Shown here one piece after another: positions 1 through 15,726 of a stretch of 64,000 nucleotides of DNA. The translations under genes and the position numbers were made by a program. Source of the DNA: Chrysomallon squamiferum (lineage: Eukaryota; Animalia; Mollusca); the NCBI GenBank assembly GCA_012295275.1, contig CM022666.1:7812001-7876000 (forward strand), written 5' to 3'. The notes beneath the pieces were generated by a model, which did no database searches, was not told the origin of the DNA, and saw nothing but the letters and a program-made list of their open reading frames with translations. Position 1 is the first letter of the stretch, and each line of letters starts with the position of its first letter.

Positions 1-844
1 AACTGTTTATTTTATATATCAATATATTTTTCATATTTTATTCTCTATAAATAAACTATATATTGAAATTTCCCCAGCATCAGGCTTTGCTGGAACAGAA
101 CTATCTTTCATGTCATACATATGTATTGTTTTTTTCCTACTTAATTCTCATTTTATCAGAAAAATTATCAATTAATATTTCTCTTTGGTTTACGTTTCTG
201 AAGGAAATAAATTCTCCTTGACATTAACTTCTGCTGACAAAGAACAATAAAACAGAAAAGCAAAAATCAATAAGCTACATACAATGGACTGGAAATATTA
301 ATTACAGCGAACTCTGGTATAATAACATATATTTGTACACACCAGCCTGGAACATACGTGTTGTTGTTATTATTATAACGTGTTATTATGACAGGCTCGT
401 GTGAGATAAACTGATATTCAGACTGTTACATACAACAGCGTCAAGACAGGTGATGACAGTATTAATATTTTGTCTTTCGTATGGGTTAAAGCACTTTTGA
501 CATGGGTGCCTGTGAAAAAGGATGAGAGGAAAGCAACATGTTATCACTGTAACCTCGAGGTTACAACCTCGGAAGTTGTGCTTTAGAGGTTGTACAGGTT
601 CAGCTGGTTGGTGGGATATATGAAACAGTTTCTGCTATTCCAAATGTAAATATTTTACATGTGAAGATAGAGATTAATTTATAAGAAATGTTTATACTAA
701 TATCTACAGAAAATATAGCCATGGATTTACATTAATATCCAGATTGTAATAATATCCAAACATTGTACTTTGATTTTATAACAATAGTGTGATATTTTAA
801 CCTTAATCTGTCAATGGATAGATATTGATAGAACACATACACTT

Positions 845-1006
<162 letters not shown>

Positions 1007-1576
1007 TATCATTTAAATTCACACATAATGTAATTTAAAAACATTCAGGACTGAAAAGCAAGGAACATGTGATCCAAAGCTTCACAGATAAAATGGCCGT
1101 TTTGGAAAAACAACCAAACAGTAAAATGTTTCTTTAAGATTGTTTTATTTGTTGTGAGGTTTTCAGTTGCTGCAGGTGAACTGAATAAAGAAACAGGCTC
1201 TCCCCTGCAGAGATTTCTCAACTATAAAGTTTCATAAGAGAGAAATGGTTACATAAATAAAACAGCAGCTGTTTTATTCAAGGCCAGTATAAGTAAATAA
1301 ATAAAGAAAGAAGTAAGTAAGTCAGTAAATCAAATGAATATTAAATAAAAAAATGAATATAAATAAAAGTAAATTTAAATTTTTTTTAAAAATAATAATA
1401 AAAAATAAAAATGTAAATTAAAAAATCTAATAATAAAAGATATAAATAAAAAAAATAAAAAAATACAAAGTAAAAATAAAAAATAAATAAATAAACCTTT
1501 GAAATTATTGACATGATGTTGATTTCCCTTGATATATGATTTTGCATCAACATTGAATATTTGTTATAAATAAAAC

Positions 1577-1662
<86 letters not shown>

Positions 1663-2384
1663 AATTGATATAAATAAAAATAAAATAAAAATAATAAAAT
1701 ATGTAAACAAAAAACAAAAACGAAGAAATTTAAAATAAATAAACACATGAAACAACAAATAAATAATTCACAGACTTTTTCACATGAAAACATGTTTCCC
1801 CAAAAAATACACCCTTGCTTTTCTTCGAATCATATCTTACATAACCACTTAATCATTATACCTCACCGAAACAACAACAGAAACAATTCCTGATATTAGA
1901 AGCCAAACACAGACCATTTTTGCATATCAGACGAGCAAACTGCAGACAGGCAATTCCATCAATGCGAAACCCTAGTAACTGGTCTTGCACTGTTGGCTCT
2001 TGCTGTTACCAACCTTCACATAAAGAACAATTGCTTTCCCATTGAAGAGCACACCGGTCACAGTTGGAAGCAGTCTGGAAGTGAGTTTGGAATGTGCGAA
2101 AAGAGTAGAAATGCATTTTGCACGTTGTGTTTCGACCCAGCACACTATCGGTGGTGTGTAAGAGGGGCAAGCCTGCTGGAAGCAAACGTTGTGTTTTCCT
2201 TGTAAATACAAACCTGGAATGGGGCAGAGCGATGCACTCTGTTTCAAACAGATGGCAGGGTTTGCAGTCTCCCATGTTTCAAAATAGACCAGTGTATTTT
2301 TTTTTGTATTTTTAAAAAAAAATTTAGGGGGGGTTATCTTGAGATATCAGAACAGACCAAAGTATTTTGCAGGTTAAAACAGTC

Positions 2385-2670
2385 CACTAAATTTTGCAAA
2401 TTATATGTTTTAAATTAGTCCACTAAATTTTGCAAATTCTGTGTTTTACATTAGTCCAGTGTATTTTGCAAATCCTGTGTTTTACATTAGTCCAGTGTAT
2501 TTTGCAAATCCTGTGTTTTACATTAGTCCAGTGTATTTTGCAAATCCTGTGTTTTACATTAGTCCAGTGTATTTTGACCCAGTGTATTTTGCAAATTCTG
2601 TGTTTTACATTAGTCCAGTGTATTTTGCAAATTCTGTGTTTTACATTAGACCATTGTATTTTGCAAATTC
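2385..2670. repeat. 36-bp minisatellite, about 7 copies
   Basis: Unit ttttacattagtccagtgtattttgcaaatcctgtg. It explains the 12-aa periodic ORFs at 2423-2729. Confidence 0.92.
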
Positions 2671-3410
2671 CGAGTTTTAAAAGCAATCTCAATAATCAGG
2701 ATAGACCACTGGATTTTGAATATTTGTGATGAACTTATCAAAACAGACCATTTGATTTTGCAGTCTCTGTATTTCATAAGAGGCCACTTTATTTTAAAAT
2801 TATCTAGCAAACCACACACACACAGACACACACACACAGACACACACAAACCTCTCTCTCTCTTTAATTTTTCCTCACCCTATAATTATTAACCAGACTA
2901 TACAATACAATACAACAACAGATTGAGTAACAATGAAAACAACTAAAACCTACATGACTTGTACACGCAGACACACACACAATACCAACCACCTCACAGA
3001 GATCCAGGGTCTGGCACAAAGAACCAAGTTCTTTGGGATTTAACTCATTTTATTTTAAGCCGATCATTTCAAACTTCATGAATGATGACAATTTATTTTC
3101 TCATGGTTTGGCTCGCTCGACAAACGGCTTGTTATTACGTTGAAGGTTGTGTTTTATAACGATATTGTTTAACAGATGTAAAAAGGTAGATAGGTGCACA
3201 CACATACACAGTGTCGTATGTTTACACTACAGTGCATAATTATTGCAGTGGGGTTGTTTGTTCAGTGGAAGATGTTTTTGTTCACGTAGTGAATTACAAT
3301 TCAGAGAGCATAACCAAAGGGTAAAGCTCAGAAACTATCGGGTTACATGACTGTACATTTAGTTAAGTGGCAAAAAGTATTGTGACTCACATCAGCTTTT
3401 TTTTATCTTA

Positions 3411-3520
3411 CCTTTGTCACATACTCTTGTTATTTCACCTCTGTCACATACTCTTGTTATTTCACCTCTGTCTCATACTCTTGTTATTTCACCTCTGTCA
3501 CATACTTTGTTATTTCATCT
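3411..3520. repeat. 27-bp minisatellite, about 4 copies
   Basis: Unit cctctgtcacatactcttgttatttca. Confidence 0.9.
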
Positions 3521-3555
3521 TCTGTGTATTTTTTTTATTCACCCATCATACATAT

Positions 3556-3621
<66 letters not shown>

Positions 3622-4062
3622 CACACACAAATATATATACCTTTCACATCAAGTACATGTAAATCCTTTTTGCATAAAGTTCATGTCACTTTTTTTATTT
3701 ATAAATGTTTCTTTTTCTTTTTTACTTTATTTTTTCTTTTGTAAAACTTTTTTCTCTTTAAAGTTCAAGTTTCTTTTTACATCTTCTTTTCCATCTTCTG
3801 TTTGTAGATAAGTGGGGATGTTTCATGGGGGGTGGGCAAATATGATGGGTAGTTGAGATTGTATTGTTTAGATGGAACTCTGTTCTTCTGTTGACATGCT
3901 TGTGTTACACAAGTGGGTGTGTTTGGTGGGTGGGTGGTATGTTTGTGTTTCACTGTTTGTTTGTGTTTCACTGTGTGTGTTTCACTGTATGTTTGTGTTT
4001 CACTGTTTGTTTGTGTGTGTGTGTTTGTATTTGTGTGTGTGTGAGTTTTGAGGGCATTTGTA

Positions 4063-4195
<133 letters not shown>

Positions 4196-5007
4196 ATGAA
4201 TAAGGATGTAATTATTCCCAGTTTCGTTTGTACCAGTTTTTACAATTAATCACATTTAACTAATACATCATTTAAATAACGTAATCAAATACATCATTAT
4301 TTTTCATTTTTGACAAGATTGTTTTGATTTTTTTGCCTTTTTAAAATAATAACAACAATAATAGCAACAGCAGCAAAAACAACAATAAACACCATCATCA
4401 TCATAGTAACAACAATAACAATAAAAATAACAACAGCAATAACTATTAAAATGTTCATGTGTAATGAAATGGCATCTAAAAATAGTTTCCATTCCATTTC
4501 TTAGTATTATTACATAACCTCAGCCGCAAAAAAAAAAAAAAAAAATAAAAAAATCCACAGACAAAACAAACCCCCTCACCCAAAAAAAACAATAAAAATT
4601 AAAAATATATATATATTTATCATTTTAAAATATTTTGTACATTATCCACAGCAATAATATTTCCTCAGATTATTAAAAACACTGCTGGTTGACATTCAGA
4701 TTGTACCATTCATTATTATATTCTTACTACCTGCATTTTGTCATGTATTTGGAATAGCATTATTGTAAACAGATGTAAATATGGTGGGATATTTAGACAT
4801 GTTCAGACAAGTGCTAAAGAACAAAAGAACTTTTAAACTGAGAAAAAAAAAAAAAAAAAAAAAAAAAAAAACAACGAACGAACAAGTTAATTGGAGAATG
4901 AAAACCCGATAACTGTTTTACTTTATAGAATGTTTAGGTGACAGTTGTGATATTTTTCTTTGTAATTTAATTTCTTTCTCTTGAAAAAAAGGATAACAAT
5001 TTTTTCA

Positions 5008-5063
<56 letters not shown>

Positions 5064-5351
5064 AAAGATGATGATGATAATGATAAATAAATGAATAAAT
5101 AACAAAAATAATATTAATTACAAAATACAATTCATAAATGTATATACATTTATGTGTTTGTGTGTGTATGTATGTATATATATATAGTTACACACACACA
5201 CACACACATATTCCCACTCACATTTTTTTTAAAATCTTTTTATATTAATTATAAAAAATACAACCATAATATTCTGAAACATTCACAGCCAGTTACAACA
5301 AAAAAAATTAAATAAATAAATAAATAAAACCCAAATATTCAGAGCCTATTA

Positions 5352-5384
<33 letters not shown>

Positions 5385-5654
5385 ACAACAAACATCCACA
5401 GCTGATTATAACTGAAAATCTTTCACAGCAAACACAAGTGTATTGAAACCAGAAAGGTAAACACACAAGTCTGAGAGTTTTAAGAATGTGTCCTCTTGCA
5501 ATGACAACAATGAAAAAGAAACACAGACCATTGCCAAATTTCCTAAACGACCTGGCTCACTGGTAACATGGGAGCCAAAATATTTGTCAAGGTTTAGCCA
5601 AGAATGTCTGAACACATTGTAGAATATCCTGTCTCAGCACTGCTGGATGAAAAT

Positions 5655-5960
5655 ACATTATGTTACACTGTATTAAACGTTACAGTGCATAAACAGTAGG
5701 ATTACACTGTATTAAACATAACAATGTATAACAGTAAGATTACATTGTATTAAACATAACAATGTATAACAGTAAGATTACATTGTATTAAACATTACAT
5801 TGTGTTACAGTAAGAATATAGAATATTAAACATTACAATATGTTACAGTGAGATTACATTGTAGTAAACATTACAATGTGTAACAGTGTGGTTACATTGT
5901 ATTAAACATTACACTATGCAGCAGTGTGCTTACATTGTATTAAATATAACATATAATAGT
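5655..5960. repeat. Degenerate minisatellite of about 38 bp
   Basis: Unit similar to agtaagattacattgtattaaacataacaatgtataac, about 8 copies. Confidence 0.85.
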
Positions 5961-8273
5961 AATAATATTGTAATGTTAGTGTTTTATATTGTTATAGTGA
6001 GAATATAGTGATTATACATTACATTATATAACACAAGGAATATATTGTTAATTGTGGAGGAATACATTATTTATACTCATTTCATTAATTTCATGATGAC
6101 ATAAAAATACTACGAGGTATGATTTTCATAATGGCTATTTTTTTGTATTACATTCTTTCATATTTTTTTGTTTGTTTGTTCTTTAATTTGTTTATCTTGT
6201 TTCAATTATATTTTTCATTTATTTTTCTAAGTTTCTAATTTTAATATAAAAAAAGTAACTATAAAACCAAATGGTATAATTTTTTTTTAAAAAAAAAAAA
6301 AAAAAGAAAAGTATTTCTCTCCCACACTCGTAATTTCTTCAGTTTCAACTGTAAAAATATTAACAGTATCTCCCGCTGTGACATATATTATATATATGAC
6401 ACTCAGCATTTTTTTAGTGTGTGTTTATATGCTATAATATGCTTGATCGTGGAGTTTTGACCTAAATGCCTCTCTACTCAGACATTAAAATGTGGTTACA
6501 AATATGTTTTTAGTGTTGACATTTCAAAGATAGGATTAACTCAGTCAGACTTTGTCTGAATGGTATGTGATAATGGACTTTGCAGAAAAATATTTGTTGG
6601 GTGGTATTATTATTATTATTATTATTATTAATTTTTTTTTTTTTTAAAAAAAAGAAGAGAGGAAAAAAAGTGGAATACAGAAGGAAAAAAGATATTGAAA
6701 AATAGGATTTTTATGCTTTTTTTTTTTTTTTTTTTTCCGCTGTTACTATTATTGTTGCTGATAAATATATTTTGAAAACATTGGGAATCTTGTTACGTTC
6801 TTTTCCAGAAAAAAAGGATGGATAGATGGAAAAAATATTTAAAAAAAAGAAGATTATATTATTTTAGGTTCATTGTTATTTGGTCTTTTTAACCAGCATT
6901 ACTGCTACATAATAACAAGTATTGTTCAGTATATATATATATAACAAGTATTGTTCAAAATGTGTATATTTTTAATGCTTATGATGTTGTTTATATGGAA
7001 AAATAATGATGATGATGATAAAAAAAAATAAAAAAGTTCAATACTAATTTTTAAAAACCTTCACATTTTATATTTCACACAAACTACTACTACTCCTACT
7101 ATTATTACTTCTACAACCACCACTACTACAGCAATAACAACTACTATAACTATTACTACTAATAGAAGTGGTAGTAGTAGTACTAGTAGTAATAATAATC
7201 AAAACAGATATCATTCCTCACCTGTATTTATCAACTATCAACATGTTACTACTACTACCACAACCACTACCATCACCCTATCTTGTTTAATTCATATTAT
7301 CTACTATGACAGGAGACCACACTAATATGACATTTATCATCACATAATCAAATGATTATTAATACTGCTAACAATTACTACTACAGAACTACTACTAACT
7401 TAATTTTTATCACCTCAATCATTGTTTGTTTAATAAAACATCTTAAGTGTTACCATGTTTTTGTTCAAATGCAGAATACTTTCTTGTTAAATATGATACA
7501 ACAAAAATATTTTTTCTGTTGGGGGTTTCTTTTTTTTTTTTTTTTTTTTTTGTTCAAATGTTATTAAACAAATACAAGAAAAATAATGCCTCATTTTTGG
7601 GGGTTTTTGGGGTTTTTGTGAGCATGTATTTGTGTGTGTGTGCGTGTGTGTGTGTGTGAGTGTACAAAATTTGATTTTTTTTTTTTAAATCGTTGCTTTT
7701 TCTGTTCATAAATAAATAAAATTTAGGATAAAAACAAAAAGCCCCACAAAAATGAATCTTGTAAAATTTTGACGTTATTATATTAGGCCTTAAATAATTT
7801 TGTGTGAATCACAGTGTTCTGAGTTCGGCACAAAGGACGAATGTGTAGCTGTGTGTTTGGGTTCACTGCGTGTTTCAGGTCTGAGTGTCCAAGACAGGAT
7901 TATGACAGACAATAAAAATTCTCCTCACTGCTGCAGAAAAGGGAAAGATGATGATTGCAGGAATGTCTCACTTGCTTTTTTTTTTTTTTTTTGGCACCTT
8001 GCCAAGCATGTATAATTCTTTTAACCTTTTCAGGGGTGAACACACAGATTAGGAATGTCGAAGTCTTTCATTTTAATAGGTATTAAAACCTTATCAGTTT
8101 ATTAATGTCATTATTTTATGTGGGGTTTTCTTATGCCCCAAACAAAAAATTATATTTTTTTTTTGAGTTTTTAAAAAAAAAAATTTCAACATGTTTAAAA
8201 TTTTATTTTTGCTTTCTGATTTCTTTCTTTCTTCTTTTTTTTATATATTTTTTTTCATATTTTTATAATTAAA

Positions 8274-8320
<47 letters not shown>

Positions 8321-10979
8321 GAACAACAACAACAACAACAATAATATTAATAACAATACAATACTAATAATAATAAATATTAATTAAAACATTTAATTAA
8401 TGAATAAATAATAATAAAATAACAAAAATGAGAGATAAAAAAAAATAATAATAATAAAAAGAAATTTGAAAAAGAAATAAACGTTAATACAAAAATTTAA
8501 AAAATAATAACCAGAAGAACAAGAGAACCATATTGGTGGAATTTACCACAGATGTTGATTAATGGCCGCAATTGTTCATCCCTGTTTGAAAGCAAGCACC
8601 CAGACTTTATGCTAAAAGGAAGTGGGAATGAGGCAATCATGCAGAAAAGGGAATCAGGCAGTCAACCATGATGTTAAATGGTGCACAGACTTGAACAAAA
8701 TGAATGAATTTTTTTTTTTATTATTATTATTATTTTTTTTTTGTTGTCACTATAACATTTTAGCTGTCTTGTCTGGGAAAGCTGATTAATGAAAGAAAGA
8801 AAAGAAGAAAAAAATAATAGTAGTAGTAGTAGGAGTAGATGTTGGAGTTGCAGTGGTGGAGGTTGTGGTTGTTGTACAGTTTCTGTTAATCAAAATCGTT
8901 TTTAAAAATATTTCATTTAAAACAGATGTTTTCCTTATAAAACCAAAAAAACTCTTTTAAAATAAATACTTTAAAAAATCATTAAAAAACTTTTTAAAAA
9001 TCACTTTGGTAGATAGATTCCCTTTAATTTAGACAGTTTCAAATTACTTTGTCAAACAGAAAATTCAAAAAAAATTCATCACCCTTCATAATACATATAC
9101 TGGTGTTTCAAAATACCTTTCTCCATATATTTTTTTCCCTTCATTTTTTTTTTCTTTCTCTTTCATTCTTTCTTTTTATTTATTTATTTTATTTTTTTTT
9201 TTAAATCTTTTTTTTTTTTAAACTGAGAAATCTATACTTAACCATTTTTTTTTTGGTGCTTTCTGAGATAAACAGGTTTGTTCTTGATTTACACTGTCAT
9301 CAGTCTTCTTGTTGTTGCTGCCCACACAAATCCTTTGTTCTCAGAGCACTGAATGAATTCTGTTCATTGACACAATGTTCTGCCTGGGAAGTCAGAGGGT
9401 CGTGGGATCAAATCCATTTTTATGGACGTGTTTATGAAACTGAATGTTTTCTGGGGTGTTAGGTTTCATTGTTGAAATATTTTCATTTCCTTTTTTCTTT
9501 CTTTTTTTTTAATTTATTTATTGACATAGTTGACATTTTAAGATTTTAATGGGATTTTTTTTTTAACATGCCTTGTTGAAGTTTTAATGTATTTTGTTCT
9601 ATTCTGATATTTTAACATTTTGGTTTTAGCGTGTTGATATTGTAATTTTTTTTATTCTATAAAGGTGATACTTTATATTTTTTTTAAAATTATTTTTTTT
9701 TTTTTCTGATTTTTTTGAAGTTTTAATATTTTTGGGTTCTATTTTGTTGTTATTTTTTCATGTTCTGTAACTGAAATCTGATGGTTCTTTCATATTGATA
9801 TATCCATGATTTATTCTGATATTTTTATTATTGTTGTTGTTGATAATGTTGTTATTGTTGTAGTAGTAGTAGTAGGAATTGTTATTATCTTCATTACTGG
9901 AAATGTCTTTATTTACTAACGATGTTAAAACTTACTGTCCTGCATAACAAAAAAAAAAAGTTTTAAAAAGTTTAAAAAAAAAAAAAAAAAATAAAAAAAA
10001 AATTCCTGAACAGTCTGCTTGGCTGGAGAGACAGGAAGTAGTTTGCAGTGCACCCACTGGCACCGGTTGCCATGGTGACACCATCCTGCTTCTGCGTGCA
10101 CATTCTGCCATGCCTCTGTGACAGCTGACTGGTTGCAGGTTTGTGTGTCTGTGTGTGCAAACAGGTGTTTCTGCACTGGGTAACAAATACTGCAGCTTCG
10201 TGTGTCGCAGTTTCACACTGCTGCAGCTTTCTGCATCGTCTGGGGAAAATGCCACGAAAACTGTTAAAAAAGAAGAAGAAAAAAAATTTTTTTTTTTTTT
10301 TTTCTTCAGTTCTTACAAAGTGTTTTGAATAATTAAACAAATTGTTGCAAAGTCTTTTGAGATAACTAGAATAAGAGTTTGCAGTTTTTTAAAGTTTAAA
10401 AAAAAAAAAAAAATATTTAGAAAAAAAAACAAAACATTTATGAAGATTTCAAACACTAAATCCCAATGAAGTTCTAACTAAATTAAGCGGTATCTGAAAA
10501 CATACATACATACATACATACATACATACATACATACATACATACATACATACATACATACATACATACACACATGCACACACACAAACACACAACATAC
10601 AGGCACATGCATATAGAGGTACACATATAACACTGCACTGTATCCATTTTTATATACACGTGTATTTCGCCCCATGTAATATATATCTATATATAATGTG
10701 TGTGTGTGTAAAATTCCTTCCCATGTTCATGTCAACATATTTCATTCATCAGTAAATGACCCATTCTTGCTTTTCTCTTCCCCATCTGAACACAATAAAC
10801 ATTCCACAACAGGTAGTTACCAGAAGTAAAGTCACGAGGAATATAAAAAACAGAAATCAACAATGACTGTCTTTACCTCGTCTGTTTGTGTGTGTGTGAT
10901 TATTTTTTAACCTGTTTTGTATTTGGTTGTTATGTTACCTAATTTTTATAAATAAATAAATGGGGGAAAAAAATGTATT

Positions 10980-11011
<32 letters not shown>

Positions 11012-11764
11012 TGAATGCAAATATAAATAAACGTATTGTTTTCTTTATGTATGTGGTTGCATATATTAAATATCAAATAATTCTTGACTGACAGAGAAAA
11101 TGTATACTAAATTTCTTGTAGACATAGACATTGTTTGTGAGTTTCATTACATTTTTAAAGGTTACAGAACACATTTTATGAATCTTTAGTGAGGCTTGCA
11201 TCTTAAATAAAAAGTAGACATACATACACATGCCACCCACCCACACACACACACACACACATTACATATTTAATGATATTCATTTAACATTAAACCACAT
11301 AATCCCACGTACACACATAAGTATCAAAATGCTTTTACAGTTGAAAAAAAGATTAATCCTAAATATGCAGGAATTTTTTATTTTCAAAATACTTATTATC
11401 AGTCTGTTATATGGTTAAGCATGCAGAGATAATGTATTCTAAAATACATTTAAGCTGTTGTAAGGTTTGTGCATGTATATCCTGGGCATATGAATTAAAA
11501 GCTTTGATTTCTGTAGTTTTTGATCTTATCAAGTAATTTAGCTTGTTTTGAAAGCCAGTTCTTTTGTGAAAACATTCGATGGAATCGCTGAACCAGGTCT
11601 AGTGAAGTATTTGTTGAATTAATCTCCTTTGTGTGTAGCATGCATGTGGAATAAAAATAATCTTGTTTGTAGATCACTGATACATTTAAAACATCTTCTA
11701 TAAGAATAAAGTTAATTGTGTCTGTGCAACAAGGATTTGACAATGGGATAGCTCTTAAGTATGA

Positions 11765-11910
11765 TTTGCTGTACCGATATTAAATTTTTCAGATAATGCT
11801 GTACTGATACTAAATTGGTCCAATTTGCTGTACTGATGCAAAATTTTTCACATAGTGCTGTACTGATATTAAATTTTTCAGATGGTGCTGTACTGATATT
11901 AAATTGGTCC
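11765..11910. repeat. Minisatellite of about 30 bp, 5 copies
   Basis: Recurring gctgtactgatattaaatt, followed alternately by tttcaga or ggtcc. Confidence 0.8.
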
Positions 11911-12706
11911 GAACTGGGATGCAGGGAGATTGTTCAGAGATAAACCAAACAAAAACAAAAGAAACAAACTCACAAAGCCTAGAAATACTGATAAATTTTA
12001 AAGCCAGTTTTGCTGTATTATCATAACATTTTGTTATGACTGAAAATGCTTTTAAGCCCAATTTTGCCTGTACCAATATAGAACAGCTTTGTGCTGTGAT
12101 ATGGGATACCTATTAAGCACAATTAAGCAGCACCAACATGTAATTGGTTATGATTAGAAGATGGGAGGGCTGTTAACTACAATTTTAGCTGTGGAATTGC
12201 TTTGTACTGAGATGTGGAGTATCTGTTCAGCTAAATTTTGCACCGAAGACAGGAATTATTTTCACCTGGGACAAGAGAAAGCTGTTAACATAATTTTGGC
12301 TGTACCAATATAGAATTGCTAAACATTATGATATGGGATACCTATTAAGTGCACCAGCATAAAATTAATTATGTCTGGGACATAATAAAAAAAATAAAAA
12401 AATAATAATAAAAAATTTGGCTGTAATGAAACAGAATTGTTTAAAATTTGAAAATGGGATTTTTTCCAATGAAGCTGAATTTTTATTTAATGTTATACCT
12501 GTATAAAACTTGTTTGTATTTGGATATGGAAAAGCTGTTACTGCTTTGATGGATTTGTTTTATTGTAGTTTTATCTGCTGCAATCACAAACGTGTATAAC
12601 TGTTGGTTTGCATTAGCAGAGAGCTTGCTATTTGATCACAGATTGGACTGAATTTCAATGTGTTTGCTTTGAAATTTAATATTGTTTACCGGGATTCAAA
12701 AAACAT

Positions 12707-12753
<47 letters not shown>

Positions 12754-12800
12754 TCTTCCTGAATTGTTTTGTAAACAGAAGTATTAGCCTTGTGTAAGTG

Positions 12801-12836
<36 letters not shown>

Positions 12837-13739
12837 TGTGTGTGTGTGTCTGTTTTGTGTGTGTGTGTCTGTTTTTGTGTGTCTGTTATGTGTCTGTGTC
12901 TGTGTCTGTGTGTGTGAATGTTTTCATCATTTTCTTTTTCATTATCATCTTATCATTATCATCATCACATGTAACTATATCATGTATTAAAAAACATCCT
13001 CACTCTTTTATGTTTCTGTGGATTACCTCACATTGTTTGTGTGTATTAAAAACAGATATTAAACAGTCTGGCATGCGATATATTTCTTAGATCAAGCTTT
13101 ATTCATCATGTATTTCCGCAGTCTCCCCAAATCATCTGGGAAAGAAAAGTAACCTAAAAGACAGAAATTTGTGAATCATGAAAGGGTAAAACAAGAGGGC
13201 TTTTGATGTGAGAGGGTGTGGAATAACAAAAACATGGACATTCTGTTTGAGTTAGTGCTGTTGCCACGGCGATGTATGATTCTCTGTTATCTACGTATAA
13301 TGCACATTTCTCATCTTCAGATCCTTGTAGATTTATGACATTTGGACAGGTTTTGCCAGTCTCTCTGTTCCCAAAGAAAAATTCCTCCATTCACTTTTTT
13401 TTTATCACTTTCCAATTGCTTATCTTTTCCTGCATGTTACGATATTCTAATATAAAGTGATTCACATTCATATTCCCATCAATCTGTTACAAAAGTCTCC
13501 CTCCAATGTATTTGCCACCTTCCTGTACTAATCTGTTTAACAAAAACTACCACAGTCCCATCATACTTCTCTCAGAATCCTTTTATCATCTTAGTCCCTT
13601 TAAACCTATCATCTATCATTCCAGTTTCCACAGTCAGTCTCTTTACCATTTTGCCTTGCTTTCTCAGAATGAATCCCTAACCCTATTTCAGGTGTATTTT
13701 ATTTATTTATTTATTTATTTATTTTTATGGGTAGGGGTT

Positions 13740-13805
13740 CTTGTTACAAATTGTTTTTGTTACAAATTGTCCTTGTTACAAATTGTCCTTGTTACAAATT
13801 GTCCT
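13740..13805. repeat. 16-bp tandem repeat, 4 copies
   Basis: Unit ttgttacaaattgtcc. Confidence 0.85.
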
Positions 13806-15159
13806 CTGCCTTTTTATACATTTTATTCTCCCACCCCCTCTGCTGTCCCATTACTGTCTCACTTCATCCATATTCATCCACTTTAGTGTCTTCCTCATTC
13901 TCAATCCATCCTCTTAGCTCGCTTCCTGCACATTCATTACAAAATATTTCCTTCCTCATCTGATCCACTTTGATCCACTTACTTTATCCACTTTTTCCAC
14001 TTGCCCATGTTGTTGTACATCCTAGTTGTTTCTGGTTCTGTTTATTTAGTCATACAACAAGGACTGTCATATTTCTCTCTTAAAGAGAGGCTCTCCGCAA
14101 AAAGTGTCTGCAACAAAATATAGCTAAGTGACAGGATGAAGTTTAGAGTATCCGTTTTTTGTTAGAATGAAGTATTTTATTTATTTGTTTGTTAGTTAAT
14201 TTGTTTATTTATTTGTTTATTTTGTTTATTTGTTCGTTTATTTTCTCACTTTAATTTATTTAATTTTTTTTTTAAGTTTAATAATTTATTTTTTGATTTA
14301 ATTTATTTATTTATTTACTGATTTATTATTTATTGATCAACTGATAAATACATACATACATACATACATACATAAACAAAAATGAAAAAATAATGATTAA
14401 AACATCTTCTTAAACATTCATTTTATTATTATTTTAACAATATAACGGATGAAGCAAACATAAAAGAAAGAAATTATTTTTTTTAAAAAAGTCATCTCTT
14501 TTCTCTGATTTGCGGTAACAGCAAATTTGTTTTGTCTGATTTACGCATACGGCTATATAGTGTTTTGTGATTAATCACTAAAAGGGTTAATTCTCTATTC
14601 TGAGATGTCAGCTCGCTAAATAACTGAGTGTGCACCTTTAACTGATTGCATTTCTAACTCTTCATCTCCCCTAACTTTCTGCAGACCTTCGCTACTAATT
14701 TATGCTGTGAACGTTACATCATTTCCAACAGAGAAAACTGGTGGAGGGGGAAAGATAGTGTGAGGGGGAAGATACGGTACAGGGGGAAAAGAAAGTGATG
14801 TCTGTCTGAAGTTGAGAAATTCAAGAAGAAGAAGTTAAATGGATTACGTTTTACACTGAGTTCAGGGAGATGTGGGAAAGAGGGAGAGAAAGTTGGAGAA
14901 GGGAAAAAAGGAAGTGAAAGAAAAATAAGGAGAAAAAAGTAGACAGATGACAGAAAGTGGGCAGGTTTGGAACAGTAAAAACAGATAAAGAAAGAAAGAA
15001 AGAGAATTAGGCATTAATGGAGAAAAAGAAAGTGTGAGAGAAAAACGGAGAAAGATACACACAGATGTGTACTCATATACACATTCTCTCTATCTCTTTC
15101 TCTCTTTCTCTCTCTCTTTCTTTCTCTCTCTCACTCTATCTCTTTCTCTCTGAATCTCT

Positions 15160-15338
<179 letters not shown>

Positions 15339-15614
15339 TTAACCTGACATTTCAGCAACATGTTAAAAGGTTTCTTCGTGGTCTGATCACTGCAGGTGTG
15401 AGGTTTTCTCACTTACACGCGAGTGACAGAACAACATGCAGTGAATTAACTTGCTTCAAGTTGGCCACGACGAAATTTCTATAAAGACTGGGGAAAATTT
15501 TTTTTAAAACTTAGTAGCTTTCAGATGCTTAAATTGATGAGACAGACATAGATTTACAAAAAAATATGTGTATATATATATATTGCTTTCTTTTTCCATT
15601 TTGTTTTTCATTAA

Positions 15615-15726
<112 letters not shown>

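Noticed and set aside
2423-2729. Periodic 12-aa repeat proteins (KHRICKIHWTNV)n
   Set aside because: A by-product of a 36-bp minisatellite that is open in several frames.
14735-14790. G-quadruplex from repeated agggggaa units
   Set aside because: Only three long G-runs with long loops; weak support.
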